Assembly (NCBI GenBank): GCA_028826165.1
Contig: JAPDFW010000115.1
Location: forward strand, 62,001-126,000
Direction of reading: 5' to 3'
DNA from: Anaeramoeba ignava BMAN
Taxonomy: Eukaryota > Protista > Anaeramoebae
DNA length: 64,000 nucleotides
Shown piece by piece: positions 21,679 through 33,571 of the stretch; positions within the stretch are counted from its first letter, which is position 1; each line of letters starts with the position of its first letter. The notes below the pieces were generated by a model that searched no databases, was not told where the DNA came from, and saw only the letters and a program-made list of their open reading frames with translations. Both the position numbers and the translations under genes were made by a program.

Positions 21679-24600
21679 TTAAATAATTGAACTTTCAGAC
21701 TTAATCCTTTTCATTTGAGTATAAAGATCATTAAACTGTTGAATTGAATTAAAAGATATCCAAAAAGTAAAAGGGAAACCAATTCTTGTAACAGATAATC
21801 TTCTTCTTTTTTTGTATTTGGAACGTTCTTCTTCATGAATAATACAATGTGAATCAATTTCTATAAGATCCATTGGTAATAACGAAGCTTTTTGTGCAGA
21901 TTCAAAAATGGCTAAATACTTTCCTTTTAAAACCAAGTATCTTTTTTTCCATTGTTTTTTCTTTCCTTTGATTTTAACACAGACTTGATATTCTCCTTCA
22001 AATAAAGTATTTTTCTTTGATTTTAATTCATTTTGGGAATAATGTTCAATTTTATTATTTGTTGAAAATTTCAAAAACTTTTGATATTTTTTCAGTTCAT
22101 GAGGTTCTTTTCCTAATAAAATTCCCAAATCTGTTATTTTTGATTCATCCTCTTCAAAAAGAAAGAGGAAATCTTGGAAAAAACGGAAAAATGTTTTAAA
22201 ATGTTTTAATTCTTTAAGTATTGTTGAGATTTTGTTGATAGATTGTCCTATTTTATAAAGTCCAGTTTCTGTGAAATATTTGAATTTTTCTTGATCAATA
22301 AATTGGGTTGTTATTAAGTAAAGATCTTGTACAATTAAGTCCATTGGTTGTTGATTTTGTTTTTGAAGATGTAAATTTTGTGGATGAAGAGTAAATATTT
22401 GTAGTTTTGGTTTTTGAGTTTCATTTAACGAGTTTTCGAACATTAATTGTGAATGTTCCTAAAAGAAAAAAATTTAATTTAAAATTTAATTTAAAATTTA
22501 ATTTAAAAATTTAATTTAAAAATTTACAGTTATGCTTGCAAAAAATCGTTTCATTTTCTTTTCATTTTTAGATATTTCTGAATTCATAAATTTCATATAA
22601 GGTCTAGAATCTCCAAATTTAATTCCAGTTGCCATAAGAGTTAAAACTGAAGCAATTAGAACTAAACCTCTTTTTGTAGATTCATTGATTTCCCCTTAAA
22701 ATATTAAATATTTTAAATATTTTATAATTTATATATTTTATATTTTAAATATTTTATATATTTTAAATATTTTTTGAATATTTTAAATATTTTATAATTT
22801 ATATATTTTATATATTTTGAATATTTTATATATTTTATATATTTTGAGTATTTTATATATTTTATATATTTTATATATTTTAAATATTTTAAATATTTTA
22901 TATATTTTTACAATCTATAACCCCAAATGATTTGGGTGATACAATTGCAGGACAAAAACATCGAATAAAAAGAAAATTTCCTAAAGCTTCAAATTCATGA
23001 TTTGGAAATTTTCTAGCAGTTTCTGATCTTATATGTTGACAAATAATCTTAAATTGATAAGGAATTAAATGAACGGAGTTAAAAATTGCTTGAGCAAAAA
23101 TTTTAAAATATTTCTTTAAATGACTAGTGTTTTTAGAATAACTGTAAGATTGCTCAGGATTGACTTCAAAATCCAATCCACTATCATTAATATTCTGAAT
23201 AATTTTTGTCAAAATCATTTTCAAATAATCATTTCCATAAAATTTGGCAAAATTCATTAAAGAAATTGATGTAATTTCATTTGAACGAAATAGAAAGGAT
23301 GCTTCAGTTGTTTGTAAAATATGTTGTGAAATTTGAAACTTTAAAAATGAAAGATGTGCAAATGGATCCAATAGATTTGTTATTCTTGTGCTTAAAAGAG
23401 CAATTTTAGTTTGTGTTAAATCTAATTGAAATAATTGATAAACATAATCTATATCTTTTTTCCTCATAAATGATCCTAAATATTCCTCTCCTTTTTTGAT
23501 ACACATTGGAAGTATTTCATCTTCTGTTGATTCATTCTCATTGATTCTTATTGGTTTTTGAATTGCTTTGTATTCATCAAATAAACTCTTTGTTGTTAAA
23601 CGTAAAATTTTTCCGATTGATTTCTTTCTTGAATTTTCTACGATTTCTTTTGCTTTCTAAAAATTAATTTTAATTTTTAATTTTTAATTTTTAATTTTTA
23701 ATTTTTAATTTTTAATTTTTAATTTTTAATTTTTAATTTTCTTCACTTTTTCATGATCTTCAATCCCAAATTTTTGAAGTAACTTTGAGAAAGAAATTGA
23801 TAGTAAATTAAAATCACAAATTCCAGCAATATTTTCATTTAAATATTTTTGGAAGAAATTATAAATTTTAAAAGAATATGCTAAATTTTGTTTGTTTTTG
23901 AAAAATAAATGAAATGAATTTAGTCCATTTTTCAAAAAAAAGAAATAAGAATAAGAATAATAATCAATTATTATTTATGTAAATAAACCTTGTTGAACAA
24001 TTTGTTCTTCACAAATTAAAGATGTGATTTTAGAGGTAACTTTGTAATTAAAATTAACAGAAATAGAATACAAATCAACAAGCGATAAAATGGAATTTTT
24101 CAATTCTTTTGATGAATTTTTCCAATAGTCATCAGTTTCAAAAAATTGTTCGAGTTCTGAATAAATCTCATAAGGATCAACTTCAAAATAATCACCTCCA
24201 ATTAAAACTCTTTTTAAATCATAAAAAACATCTTTATTTTCTTTCAGAATATCATTTGATTCTAGTAAATTTTTCACATTTTCAATCATTAAATTGAATG
24301 GAGAATTTAAAGAAATTCCATTCAAATCAAGAACCATTTTATAAATTTGTGAAAAAAAATGATTGCTTCTTAATTTGTCAATTTTCAAATTCCCAATTAT
24401 AAATATTAAAATGTGTTGGATTTGATATCTAAAAGCATCAAAAGTCGAAGTTTCGTAATTATTTGCCAAAATAAAATTGTGGAAAACTGTTGAATATTTT
24501 TCAACTTGTTCATCTGAAATTGAGATGTTTATTCCATATTTTTGATTCTCATAAATTTTATATGATTGAACATAAATAGGATTGGTTGATATTTTTTCTG

Positions 24601-26858
24601 TTTTTTGATTTAGTTCTTGAATTTTCTTTTGATTTTGAAGAATTTTTGATTTAAGATTTTGAATAAGTTTAATTTTTTTCTGTTTTTCATTTTGATTTAT
24701 ATTTTGATTTTGATTTTGATTTTGATTTTGATTTTGATTTTGATTTTGATTTTGATTTTGAATTTGATTTTGATTTATATTTTGATTTATATTTTCACTT
24801 TGATTTTGATTTATATTTTGATTTATATTTTCAATTTCATTTTCAATTTCATTTTCTATTTGATTTTCAATTTGATTTTCAATTTCTTTTTCCTTTATTT
24901 TTTCAAGTCTTCTTTTCACTTCATCTTCTATTGATAAAAGATCCATTTTTTCTTTTTCAAAAGCAATATTTGTTTCATTATCATTATCATTATTCTCAGT
25001 TAAATCAACATCCAGATGTTTAGAACTTTTTTGGAGTTGTTTTCTTGCGAATTCATTATAAGAAAAACTTCTAGGACTTAATTTTTCCTTTTGGATTGAA
25101 GAATTTCTGAGAGAAAATTGAGAAGAATCAAATTTGAAATTTTCTGAAAAAGTTTTTGAAGCAAGATTTCTTCTTCGAGGAGAAAGTTGAGGAGAAAGTT
25201 GAGGAGAAGATCTAGTTCTTAAATTTGTGAGTTGATCCTGTCTTGAAATTTCCTTTTCAATTGAACTTTGAAGCCATTTTAATGTATTTTTATTTTGGAA
25301 TTCCATTGACAATCTTTTACGTAAAGGTGATTTTGATAATTTTTGATTAATAGTTGAATCATCCATACTAAAAGGTTGTTTTTTATCAAGTGTTGAATCT
25401 GTATTTAATCTGTTCAATTGAAATCTTGTAACGATTTTGTCTAATTTCATTTGATCTTCTTTTATTTTTTTTTCTCTTAGTTTTGGTGATGATAATTCGG
25501 CTAATATTCTTTTATGTGGAATTTTTATATGTTTTGGTTTTTGTTCTGAAAATGTTAACATTAATTTTTTTTTCTTTTCTGTTTTTTGTTTTTTATTTTT
25601 GGGGAATAATCCTGAGAATATGTGAGTTTGAGAAGAAAGATCCATGTGGTACCAAATATACAGATAAGCTATAAATTTAAGGATATTATTTTCTTTTCCC
25701 TTTTATTTTTTTTTTAATATTAATATAAATTTTAATTTTATAAATGAATTTTAATTTTAATTTTAATTTTAATTTTAATTTTAATTATAATTTTAATTTT
25801 AATTTTAATATTATAAATGAATTTTAATTTTAATTTTAATATTAAATTTAATATTAATTTTAATTTTATAATTTTAATTTTAATTTTAATTATAATTTTA
25901 ATTTTAATTTTAATTTTAATATTAAATTTAATTTTAAATTTTAATTTTAATTTTAATTTCAATTTTAATTTTAATTTTAATTTTAATTTTAATTTTAATT
26001 TTAATTTTAATATTAAATTTAATTTTAATTTTATAAATGAATTTTAATTTTAATTTTAATTTTATAAATGAATTTTAATTTTAATTTTAATTTTAATTTT
26101 AATTTTAATTTTAATTTTAATTTTAATTTTAATTTTAATTTTAATTTTAATTTTAAATTTTAATTTGAATTTTAATTTTAATTTTAATTTTAATTTTAAT
26201 TTTAATTTTAATTTTAATTTTAATTTTAAATTTAATTTTAATTTTAATTTTAATTTTAATTTTAATTTTAATATTAATTTTAAATTTAATTTTAATTTTA
26301 AATTTATAAATGAATTTTAATTTTATAAATGAATTTTAATTTTAATTTTAAATAGAATTTGGAACTAAATTTGGAATTTGGAATTTTAATTATAATTGTA
26401 ATTTTAAGTTTCTACATTTGCAATATCTTTTGGAGAACATAAATATCCTCTATAATTTGATTCTGAAACTTTTTCAAGAATTTTTTTAGCTTTAGATTGA
26501 TTTCCATGAATTTTCTCAATTTCAGAAAAATTTAAATCAGGAAATAATTGAGATAAAAATTGAATTAAAACAATTCCATTCTAATAAAAAAAAATAATTA
26601 AAAATTAAAATAAGAAAAAAGCAAAAAAAAAAAAATTAATAATAAAAAATTAAAATTAAAATTATTTAAAAATTATACTTTCAAATCTTTTGAGAAATTT
26701 GAAATTTGATTTGTTTTTTCAAGAAAAGAATTAATCCAATTCATTAAAATTAGTTGAGGTGAAGAAAATATCTCTTTTTGATCAGCATCTAAAGAAATTG
26801 CAAGTTGATTAACATGAGAAAGTATCGTTATTAATTCTGGAGTTTTTGTTCTTGACAT
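21679..26858 (-). CDS. CH domain - low-complexity/coiled-coil - RasGAP - PH protein, ~1293 aa. Exons 26679-26858, 26416-26580, 23989-25699, 23747-23880, 22912-23656, 22528-22694, 21679-22458
   Basis: Six GT-AG introns join five ORF-track fragments in frame. CH: LMNWINSFL..ISNFSKDLK|NGIVLIQFLSQLFP...SPKDIAN|GKENNILKFIAYLY. RasGAP: LFRSN arginine finger, FIRCFCPAIVSP, KRGLVLIASVL. PH: KQWKKRYLVLKGKYLAIF. Confidence 0.88.
25700..26415 (-). repeat. 716-nt intron of (AAAATT)n satellite splitting the CH domain
   Basis: GTAGAA...AAAAG. The phase-0 join restores the last CH helix. Confidence 0.85.
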
Positions 26859-26999
26859 TTTAAATAAAATAATTTAAAAAAAAAAATTTAAAAAAAAAAT
26901 GAAAAAAGAAAAAAAATGAAAAAGGAGATTTTTTTATTTTTTATTTATTTTAAAAAAAAAATTATTTCAAAAATAAAAAAAATAAAAAAAATAAAAAAA

Positions 27000-29328
27000 T
27001 TAAATTTGATTTGTTTTTAAAAGTTGATGCCAAGATTCAAATTCTTGTTGGTTATTAAAATTTAAATAAAAAATTCCTTCTTTTGATTTTATTGAAATAC
27101 AATTATCTTTTTTTGTTATAGCTTTTGGAATTCTATTAATTTTTACTGAAGAAATAAGTTTAATTTCCAAAATTGGATCTGTATCCTAAATATTAAAAAA
27201 AAATAAAAAAAAATTAATTAAAGATTTGATTTGATTTAAATTTGATTTAAATTTGATTTAATTTTGATTTAATTTTGATTTAAATTTGATTTAAATTTGA
27301 TTTAATTTTGATTTAATTTTGATTTAATTTTGATTTAATTTAAATTTAATTTAATTTTGATTTAATTTTGATTTAATTTAATTTTGTTTTGATTTTGATT
27401 TAATTTTGATTTAATTTTGATTTAATTTTGATTTAATTTAAATTGATTTAAATTTGATTTAATTTTAATTTAATTTTGATTTAATTTGAATTTGATTTAA
27501 TTTTAATTTTAATTTTGATTTACATTTGATTTAAATTTGATTTAATTTTGATTTAATTTTGAATTAATTTAATTTGATTTTGATTTAATTTGATTTAATT
27601 TTGATTTAAATTTGATTTAATTTTGATTTAATTTAAATTTGAATTGATTTAATTTGATTTAATTTAAATTTGATTTAGATTTTAATTTAAATTTAATTTT
27701 GATTTAAATTGATTTAAATTTGATTTAATTTTGATTTAAATTTAATTTTGATTTAAATTTGATTTAATTTTAATTTGATTTAATTTAAATTTGATTTAAT
27801 TTTGATTTAAATTTAATTTTGATTTAAATTTGATTTAATTTTAATTTTAATTTTGATTTACATTCTTCGCTTTAAAAAAACATAAATATCCTTTCCAAAT
27901 TCCAACTCCAAATTTTCCCCATCCACTTTTTTTGGAAAGAGCTTTTTGATTTTTTTCTTCTTTAATTCGAATTATATCTTTTCTAATAGGTGGACCTGAA
28001 CGACTTAAAACAACCTCAATTTTCGGTTCAGATTTTGAAGTATTGGATTTTGGAATTTGTTGAGTTGGTTGAGTTAATTGAACTGATTGAGTCGGTTGAA
28101 TTGATTGCTTTGTTTGATTTGTTGAAAATTTATTCGATGAAACTTTTGGTTGTAAAATTTCTTTTTTTGATTGAATTGGATTTTCCATATTTGACTTATC
28201 ATTTGGATTAATAATTGGACTCTTTGATTGAGTTGTTCTTGGTAAAGGATTTGGTGATATTCTACTGGGTCTGTTTTGTGTTCTTGATGGATTTTCATTG
28301 GGAGATTGTAAAGTATTTTTTGGTGAATTTTCATTTTCATTTGCAGATTTTAAATTTTTCAATTCTTCTTCAAGTTCATGAGTTTGATTGACAAGATTGC
28401 TCATTTCTTTTTGATGATTCGCATCTATTTGTGATTTTTCACTTTGTAGAGATTGGATAAAGTTCTGTAAACTTTCGATTTTTTTTTGAGAGATTCCATC
28501 AACAGGAGCAATTTTACTTTCTTCAACTTTTAAAATTTCATTTTCATTTAAAAGATTTTGTAATTTTTCTCTAAATTGAATAATTTCTTTTTTTTGAGAT
28601 TCAATTTCTTGATTTAGTAATTGATTTTCTTTTGGGATTGATAAATAATCTTGATTTGCTTTTTCAATTGATGCTTGAGTTTTTTGAGTAATTTCAACAA
28701 GATCATCTCTTTGTGAAATTAAAATATCAAGTTCATCTTCACTATCGCTATAAGTATTGGGTTCATTAATTGCTGTTGTGTTTCCTGTTTTTTGTAAATA
28801 GTTTGAAATGTATTGAATTAATTGATTTTTCTCTCTTTTTATTTCAGAGTTGTTTTGTAATAGATTGTTAAGTGAGCTTTGAAGTTTGGTAATTTTCTCG
28901 TTTTGTTCATTCAATAATGTGGTAAATTCTTCAATGATTAATTTTTCTTCTTGATGATAATTTGTTTGAATTTCCTTAATTATAATTAATTTTATAATTT
29001 TATAAATAATTTTATATTTAATTTTATAAATAATTTTATATTTAATTTTATAAATAATTTTATATTTAATTTTATAAATAAATTTATAAATAATTTTATA
29101 TTTAATTTTATATTTAATTTTATAAATAATTTTATAAATAATTTTATAAATAATTTTATTAATAATTTTATAAATAATTTTATAACTAATTTTATAAATA
29201 ATTTTATAACTAATTTTATAAATAATTTTATATTTAATTTTATAAATAATTTTATTAATAATTTTATATATAATTTTATAATAAATTTATAAAGGATTAT
29301 AAAAGAATTTTACTTCAATAGAAGACAT
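27000..29328 (-). CDS. Coiled-coil + C-terminal PH domain protein, ~437 aa. Exons 29314-29328, 27862-28974, 27000-27185
   Basis: MSSIE|EIQTNY... then a long heptad region and a P/S/Q linker. The PH domain is split by intron 2: SGWGKFGVGIWKGYLCFFKAKN|DTDPILEIKL...FYLNFNNQQEFESWHQLL. All joins are phase 0. Confidence 0.82.
27186..27861 (-). repeat. 676-nt intron of ~11-mer (TTAAATCAAAA)n satellite
   Basis: GTAAAT...TAG with ttttgatttaa repeats on the + strand. Confidence 0.85.
28975..29313 (-). repeat. 339-nt intron of 13-mer-like (TTATTTATAAAAT)n satellite
   Basis: GTAAAA...TAAG with aattttataaat repeats on the + strand. Confidence 0.8.
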
Positions 29329-29491
29329 TAGAAAAAAAAAAGGAAAAAATGAAAAAAAAAATGAAAAAAAAATTTTTGTTTTTAAAATTCATTTTTTTTC
29401 TTTTTTTCTTTTTTTAAAATTATTTTCTTTTTTAATTAATTAGTTGCAAAAAACAAAAAACAAAAAACAAAAAACAAAAACAAAATTTAAC

Positions 29492-30986
29492 ATGCTTGAT
29501 GAAATTGAAGATTATGATGAAAGACTTACAAAAATTTGTAATGAAATTAGTTCATCAATAAACTCATTAAGAAGTTTAAAAGGAAGATCTAGAGACCAAA
29601 AATCTGAAGAAATTTCTGACCAATTAAATAAAGCTAAAACACTTTATCGGAGTTTTAAAGCTGAATTAAGAGAATTACCTTTTAATGAAAAAGAAAGTTG
29701 GCAAAAGGTTTTTAATTCTTTTAAATTATTTTTTTTTGTTTACGTTTTTTTTTTAATTAAAAATTTTTTTTTGATTTTTTTTTTTAGAAATCAAGTCAAC
29801 ATAACGATACAATTACTGGGTTAATTAATGATTTTAATTATGTTAGAGAAACTGCAGAAAAAGATGAATTAATGGATGGAAGAACAGGTAAAATTTTTTC
29901 TTATTTTTTTTTAACTTGATCAAAAAAAGAAATTTTCAATTTTTCCCTTTTATAAATAAATAAATAAATAAAAATATAAAATCTAAATATAATTATAAAT
30001 ATAAATATAAATATAAATATAAATATAAATATAAATATAAATATAAATATAAATATAAATATAAATATAAATATAAATATAAATATAAAAATAAATATAA
30101 ATATAAATATAAATCTAAATATAAATATAAATATAAATATAAATATAAATATAAATCTAAATATAAATATAAATATAAATCTAAATATAAATATAAATAT
30201 AATTATAAATATAAATATAATTATAAATATAATTATAAATATAAATATAAATATAATTATAAATATAAATATAAATATAAATATAAATATAAATATAAAT
30301 ATAAATATAAATATAAATATAAATATAAATATAAATATAAATATAAATATAAATATAAATATAAAAATATAAATATAAATATAAATATAAATATAAATAT
30401 AATTATAAATATAAATATAAATATAAATATAAATATAAATATAAAAATATAAATATAAATATAAATATAAATATAAATATAAATATAAATATAAATATAA
30501 ATATAAATATATTTTAAATATAAAATTTAAATAGATAATACGGTTGATAAAGAACAAATGACACCACATCAATTACTTGATAGGGGATTAAACATTCAAG
30601 ATGAATCACTTGAGTCAACAAACAGAATGAAAAAAACAATTGCACAAACAGATCAAGTATTTTTTAAAAAAAAAATATCAAAATTCAAATTGAAATTTTA
30701 ATATTAAAAATAAAATAAAATAAAAAAGGTTGGAATGAATACACTTGTAACTTTAAATGAACAAACAGAACAAATCCAAAGAATTAGTGAAGGAGTCGAT
30801 AAAATTGATTCCAATTTGAAAATTGCAGATCGAGAAATTCGATTATTTGTGAAAAGAATGGCAACTGATAAATGCATTGCAGTTTTATTTCTTTTAGTTG
30901 TTCTTGGTTTTATTGCAGTTATAATTTATGCTATTGTTAAGAAAAACAAACCTCAAAATGTCCCTAATTCAGCAAAAGACGTTTAA
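29492..30986 (+). CDS. NPSN: NPSN-type (novel plant SNARE) Qb-SNARE, ~231 aa. Exons 29492-29707, 29788-29887, 30535-30656, 30729-30986
   Basis: The spliced product has an N-terminal helical bundle, then MTPHQLLDRGLNIQDES...TDQ|VGMNTLVTLNEQTEQIQRI...KRMATDKCIAVLFLLVVLGFIAVIIYAIV. The QTEQ zero layer and ATDKCI before the TM helix are NPSN hallmarks. Confidence 0.88.
29888..30534 (+). repeat. 647-nt intron of (ATAAAT)n satellite
   Basis: GTAAAA...TAG, phase 1. Confidence 0.88.
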
Positions 30987-31211
30987 TTCAATTTTTCTCA
31001 ATAACAAAAAACAATCAAAAAGAAAAAGAAAAAACTTTTTTCAATAAGATTTTTTTTTTGAACTAAAAATTTCCCTTTTAATTTTTTCTTTCTTTTGTTT
31101 TTTTTTCCTTTTTTTCTTTTGCAAAAAAAAAACTTACAAAAAAAAATTAAATTCATTTTTTTTTCTTTTTTTTCTTTATTAAAATTTTTTTATAAAATAA
31201 AATAAAATAAA

Positions 31212-33548
31212 ATGTCAAACATTGAACTTAAAGAAATTAATGTTAAATTTAAAAAGAATTTAAAAAAGAAATGGAAAAGCAGAAAAATGGTTTTAACTCC
31301 AACTCATATAAAAATTTATTTAATGAAAAGACATTCAGAAAATAAAAGAAAAAGCGCTCAAATCTCAATTGAATTAAATAACCAACTTACAATAAAACAA
31401 TTGGATCAAACAATATTTTTACTTAAATCAAAAAAACGAAATTATTTCTTTGAATTTGATTTAATTGCTCAATGCATTGAATGGAAAGACTTGATTAATA
31501 TGACAATAAAAGAAAATGAAGAAAGAATCAAAAAACAAAATGAATTCAAAAAAAATAAATCAAGACCAATGTCTTTGCGATTCTTCAGAAAAGAAGGCTC
31601 ATTCACCTCCAAATCTAAGCAAGACGTGATGGATTTTGCAGAGAAGGAAAATCGCAAAACTCTTGATAAGTTAATTCCTTCAGATCCAAATACAGAAAGT
31701 TTAATAATTCAAAAAGTCTCTTTAACGTTAACTCCAAATTCTTTAAAGAAATTCAAGAAAATCAAAAATATCGAAATTGTCGAGTGCAGCTTGACATCTT
31801 TATCACAAGATTTCACCCAATTAACATCACTCACTTCCCTTAATCTTTCCAGAAACGAATCTCTTAATCTTCCCAAGTCTTTTTCCGAACTCAAATTACT
31901 TAAAAAACTCAACTTGAATTTTTGCAAATTGAACGAATTCCCAAAATCATTTACTCATTTGGTTAATTTGCAGTTTCTTTATTTAAAAAATTGTTCCATT
32001 CCATCCATTCCTGAAAAAATATCAAGACTGCAAAAGCTAAAACTTCTTGATTTATCAAATAATTCTATCGATTTTATTCCTCAAGAATTTTCAAACTTGA
32101 TTAATTTGCAATTACTTTATTTAAACTCAAATTTCTTGCATGAAATTCCTCATTTCTTTAGTTTATTCCCAAAATTGGATCATTTGGATTTAAGTTCAAA
32201 TTTCATTTCCTCGATTGGTGAAGGTTTATTAACATTGAAATCAAAGTTGAAATTTTTGGATTTGAGTTCCAATTTAATTGATGCAAAAATTTTGGATGAT
32301 TTTCAAAAGAATTCTTCTTTTGAACAATTGAATATTAAAGATAATATAACTTTTGAAAAAGGAAATGATTTAAATAATAATGAAATTGAAAATTCAAAAT
32401 ATGAAAAATTAAAAGAGGAAAGGAAAGAATTATCGCATTCATTTATCAAGAAAATTATATCAAAAATTTTTGATAAATATTTTGAATTACAAAATATAAA
32501 TCAAAATGAAAATGAAAATCAAAATGAAAATGAAAATGAAAATGAAAATCAAATTGAAAATATAAATCAAAATCAAATTGAAAATATAAATGAAAATCAA
32601 AATCTAAATCAAAATCAAAATATAAATCAAAATATAAATCAAAATGAAAATCAAAATGAAAATGAAATATATCTTACAGAAAACTCAAATACAAAAACTT
32701 TCCCAATTTGGATCACACAGAAAACAGATTTAACAAGCTTAAAAATGCAAAAATTTACCAGAATATACAAAATACCCAAAAAAATATCCAATTTAATCCA
32801 TTTAGAACAATTTTCATTCCAAAATTGTGGATTACTAAACTTTCCAAACCAAATATGCAACCTTTTTCAATTAAAATTCTTGGATTTATCAAACAATAAA
32901 ATACTCATAATTCCTCCAGAAATTGAATCACTAAAGAACCTCAAAGAAGCAAATTTTGTAAATTGTGAAATTTATTCAATTCATAAAAATTTTGGGAAAT
33001 TAACCAATTTGGAAAAACTCAATTTTCAACAAAATATCCTTAAAAAATTACCAAAAACTTTCCACAAACTCAAAAAAATTACTGATCTAAATCTTTCAGT
33101 AAATCGACTCAAAGAATTCCCAGAAGAAATCATTCCACTAACTTCTCTAACTTCCTTAGACATAAGCAACAACAGATTGGAAACAATCAAAAATTTGAAA
33201 AATTTCGTTTCTTTAATTGATTTAAATTTATCAGCAAATTTTATTCAGGAATTTAATTTTGAAGAATTATTTGCTCTTCCTTCTTTAAAAAATTTCAATT
33301 TAAGCAAAAATTTAATCAAAACAATAACCGTTAATGAATATTCCGAAAAAGTAATTATGCTTGAAAATTTTGATCTTTCTCAAAATTTTATTGAAGATTT
33401 TTCCTTTTCTTTTTTGAAAAGGCTTTGGTTTGTTAAAAAATTTTCTGTTTCTGGAACTGTTGTTGCTGATAAAATGATGAAAGTGTTAAACGATGAGAAA
33501 TTAAAAAAGCAATTTTTTGAAATGTTTACTCCCAAATTCGTTAAATAA
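31212..33548 (+). CDS. PH domain + two blocks of typical leucine-rich repeats
   Basis: N-terminal KKWKSRKMVLT...FFEFDLIAQCIEWKDLI (PH). LxxLxLxxNxI/LxxIP repeats on either side of an N/E/Q linker. Confidence 0.85.
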   Translation: MSNIELKEINVKFKKNLKKKWKSRKMVLTPTHIKIYLMKRHSENKRKSAQISIELNNQLTIKQLDQTIFLLKSKKRNYFFEFDLIAQCIEWKDLINMTIKENEERIKKQNEFKKNKSRPMSLRFFRKEGSFTSKSKQDVMDFAEKENRKTLDKLIPSDPNTESLIIQKVSLTLTPNSLKKFKKIKNIEIVECSLTSLSQDFTQLTSLTSLNLSRNESLNLPKSFSELKLLKKLNLNFCKLNEFPKSFTHLVNLQFLYLKNCSIPSIPEKISRLQKLKLLDLSNNSIDFIPQEFSNLINLQLLYLNSNFLHEIPHFFSLFPKLDHLDLSSNFISSIGEGLLTLKSKLKFLDLSSNLIDAKILDDFQKNSSFEQLNIKDNITFEKGNDLNNNEIENSKYEKLKEERKELSHSFIKKIISKIFDKYFELQNINQNENENQNENENENENQIENINQNQIENINENQNLNQNQNINQNINQNENQNENEIYLTENSNTKTFPIWITQKTDLTSLKMQKFTRIYKIPKKISNLIHLEQFSFQNCGLLNFPNQICNLFQLKFLDLSNNKILIIPPEIESLKNLKEANFVNCEIYSIHKNFGKLTNLEKLNFQQNILKKLPKTFHKLKKITDLNLSVNRLKEFPEEIIPLTSLTSLDISNNRLETIKNLKNFVSLIDLNLSANFIQEFNFEELFALPSLKNFNLSKNLIKTITVNEYSEKVIMLENFDLSQNFIEDFSFSFLKRLWFVKKFSVSGTVVADKMMKVLNDEKLKKQFFEMFTPKFVK

Positions 33549-33571
33549 AGAAATGAAGCAAAAAATTATTT

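Noticed and set aside
6563-33548. Functional cluster of cytoskeleton and signalling genes (tubulin, WH2-SH3, CH-RasGAP, PH proteins)
   Set aside because: These classes are abundant in amoeboid genomes and orientations are mixed, with no shared regulatory motif seen. Chance adjacency is sufficient.
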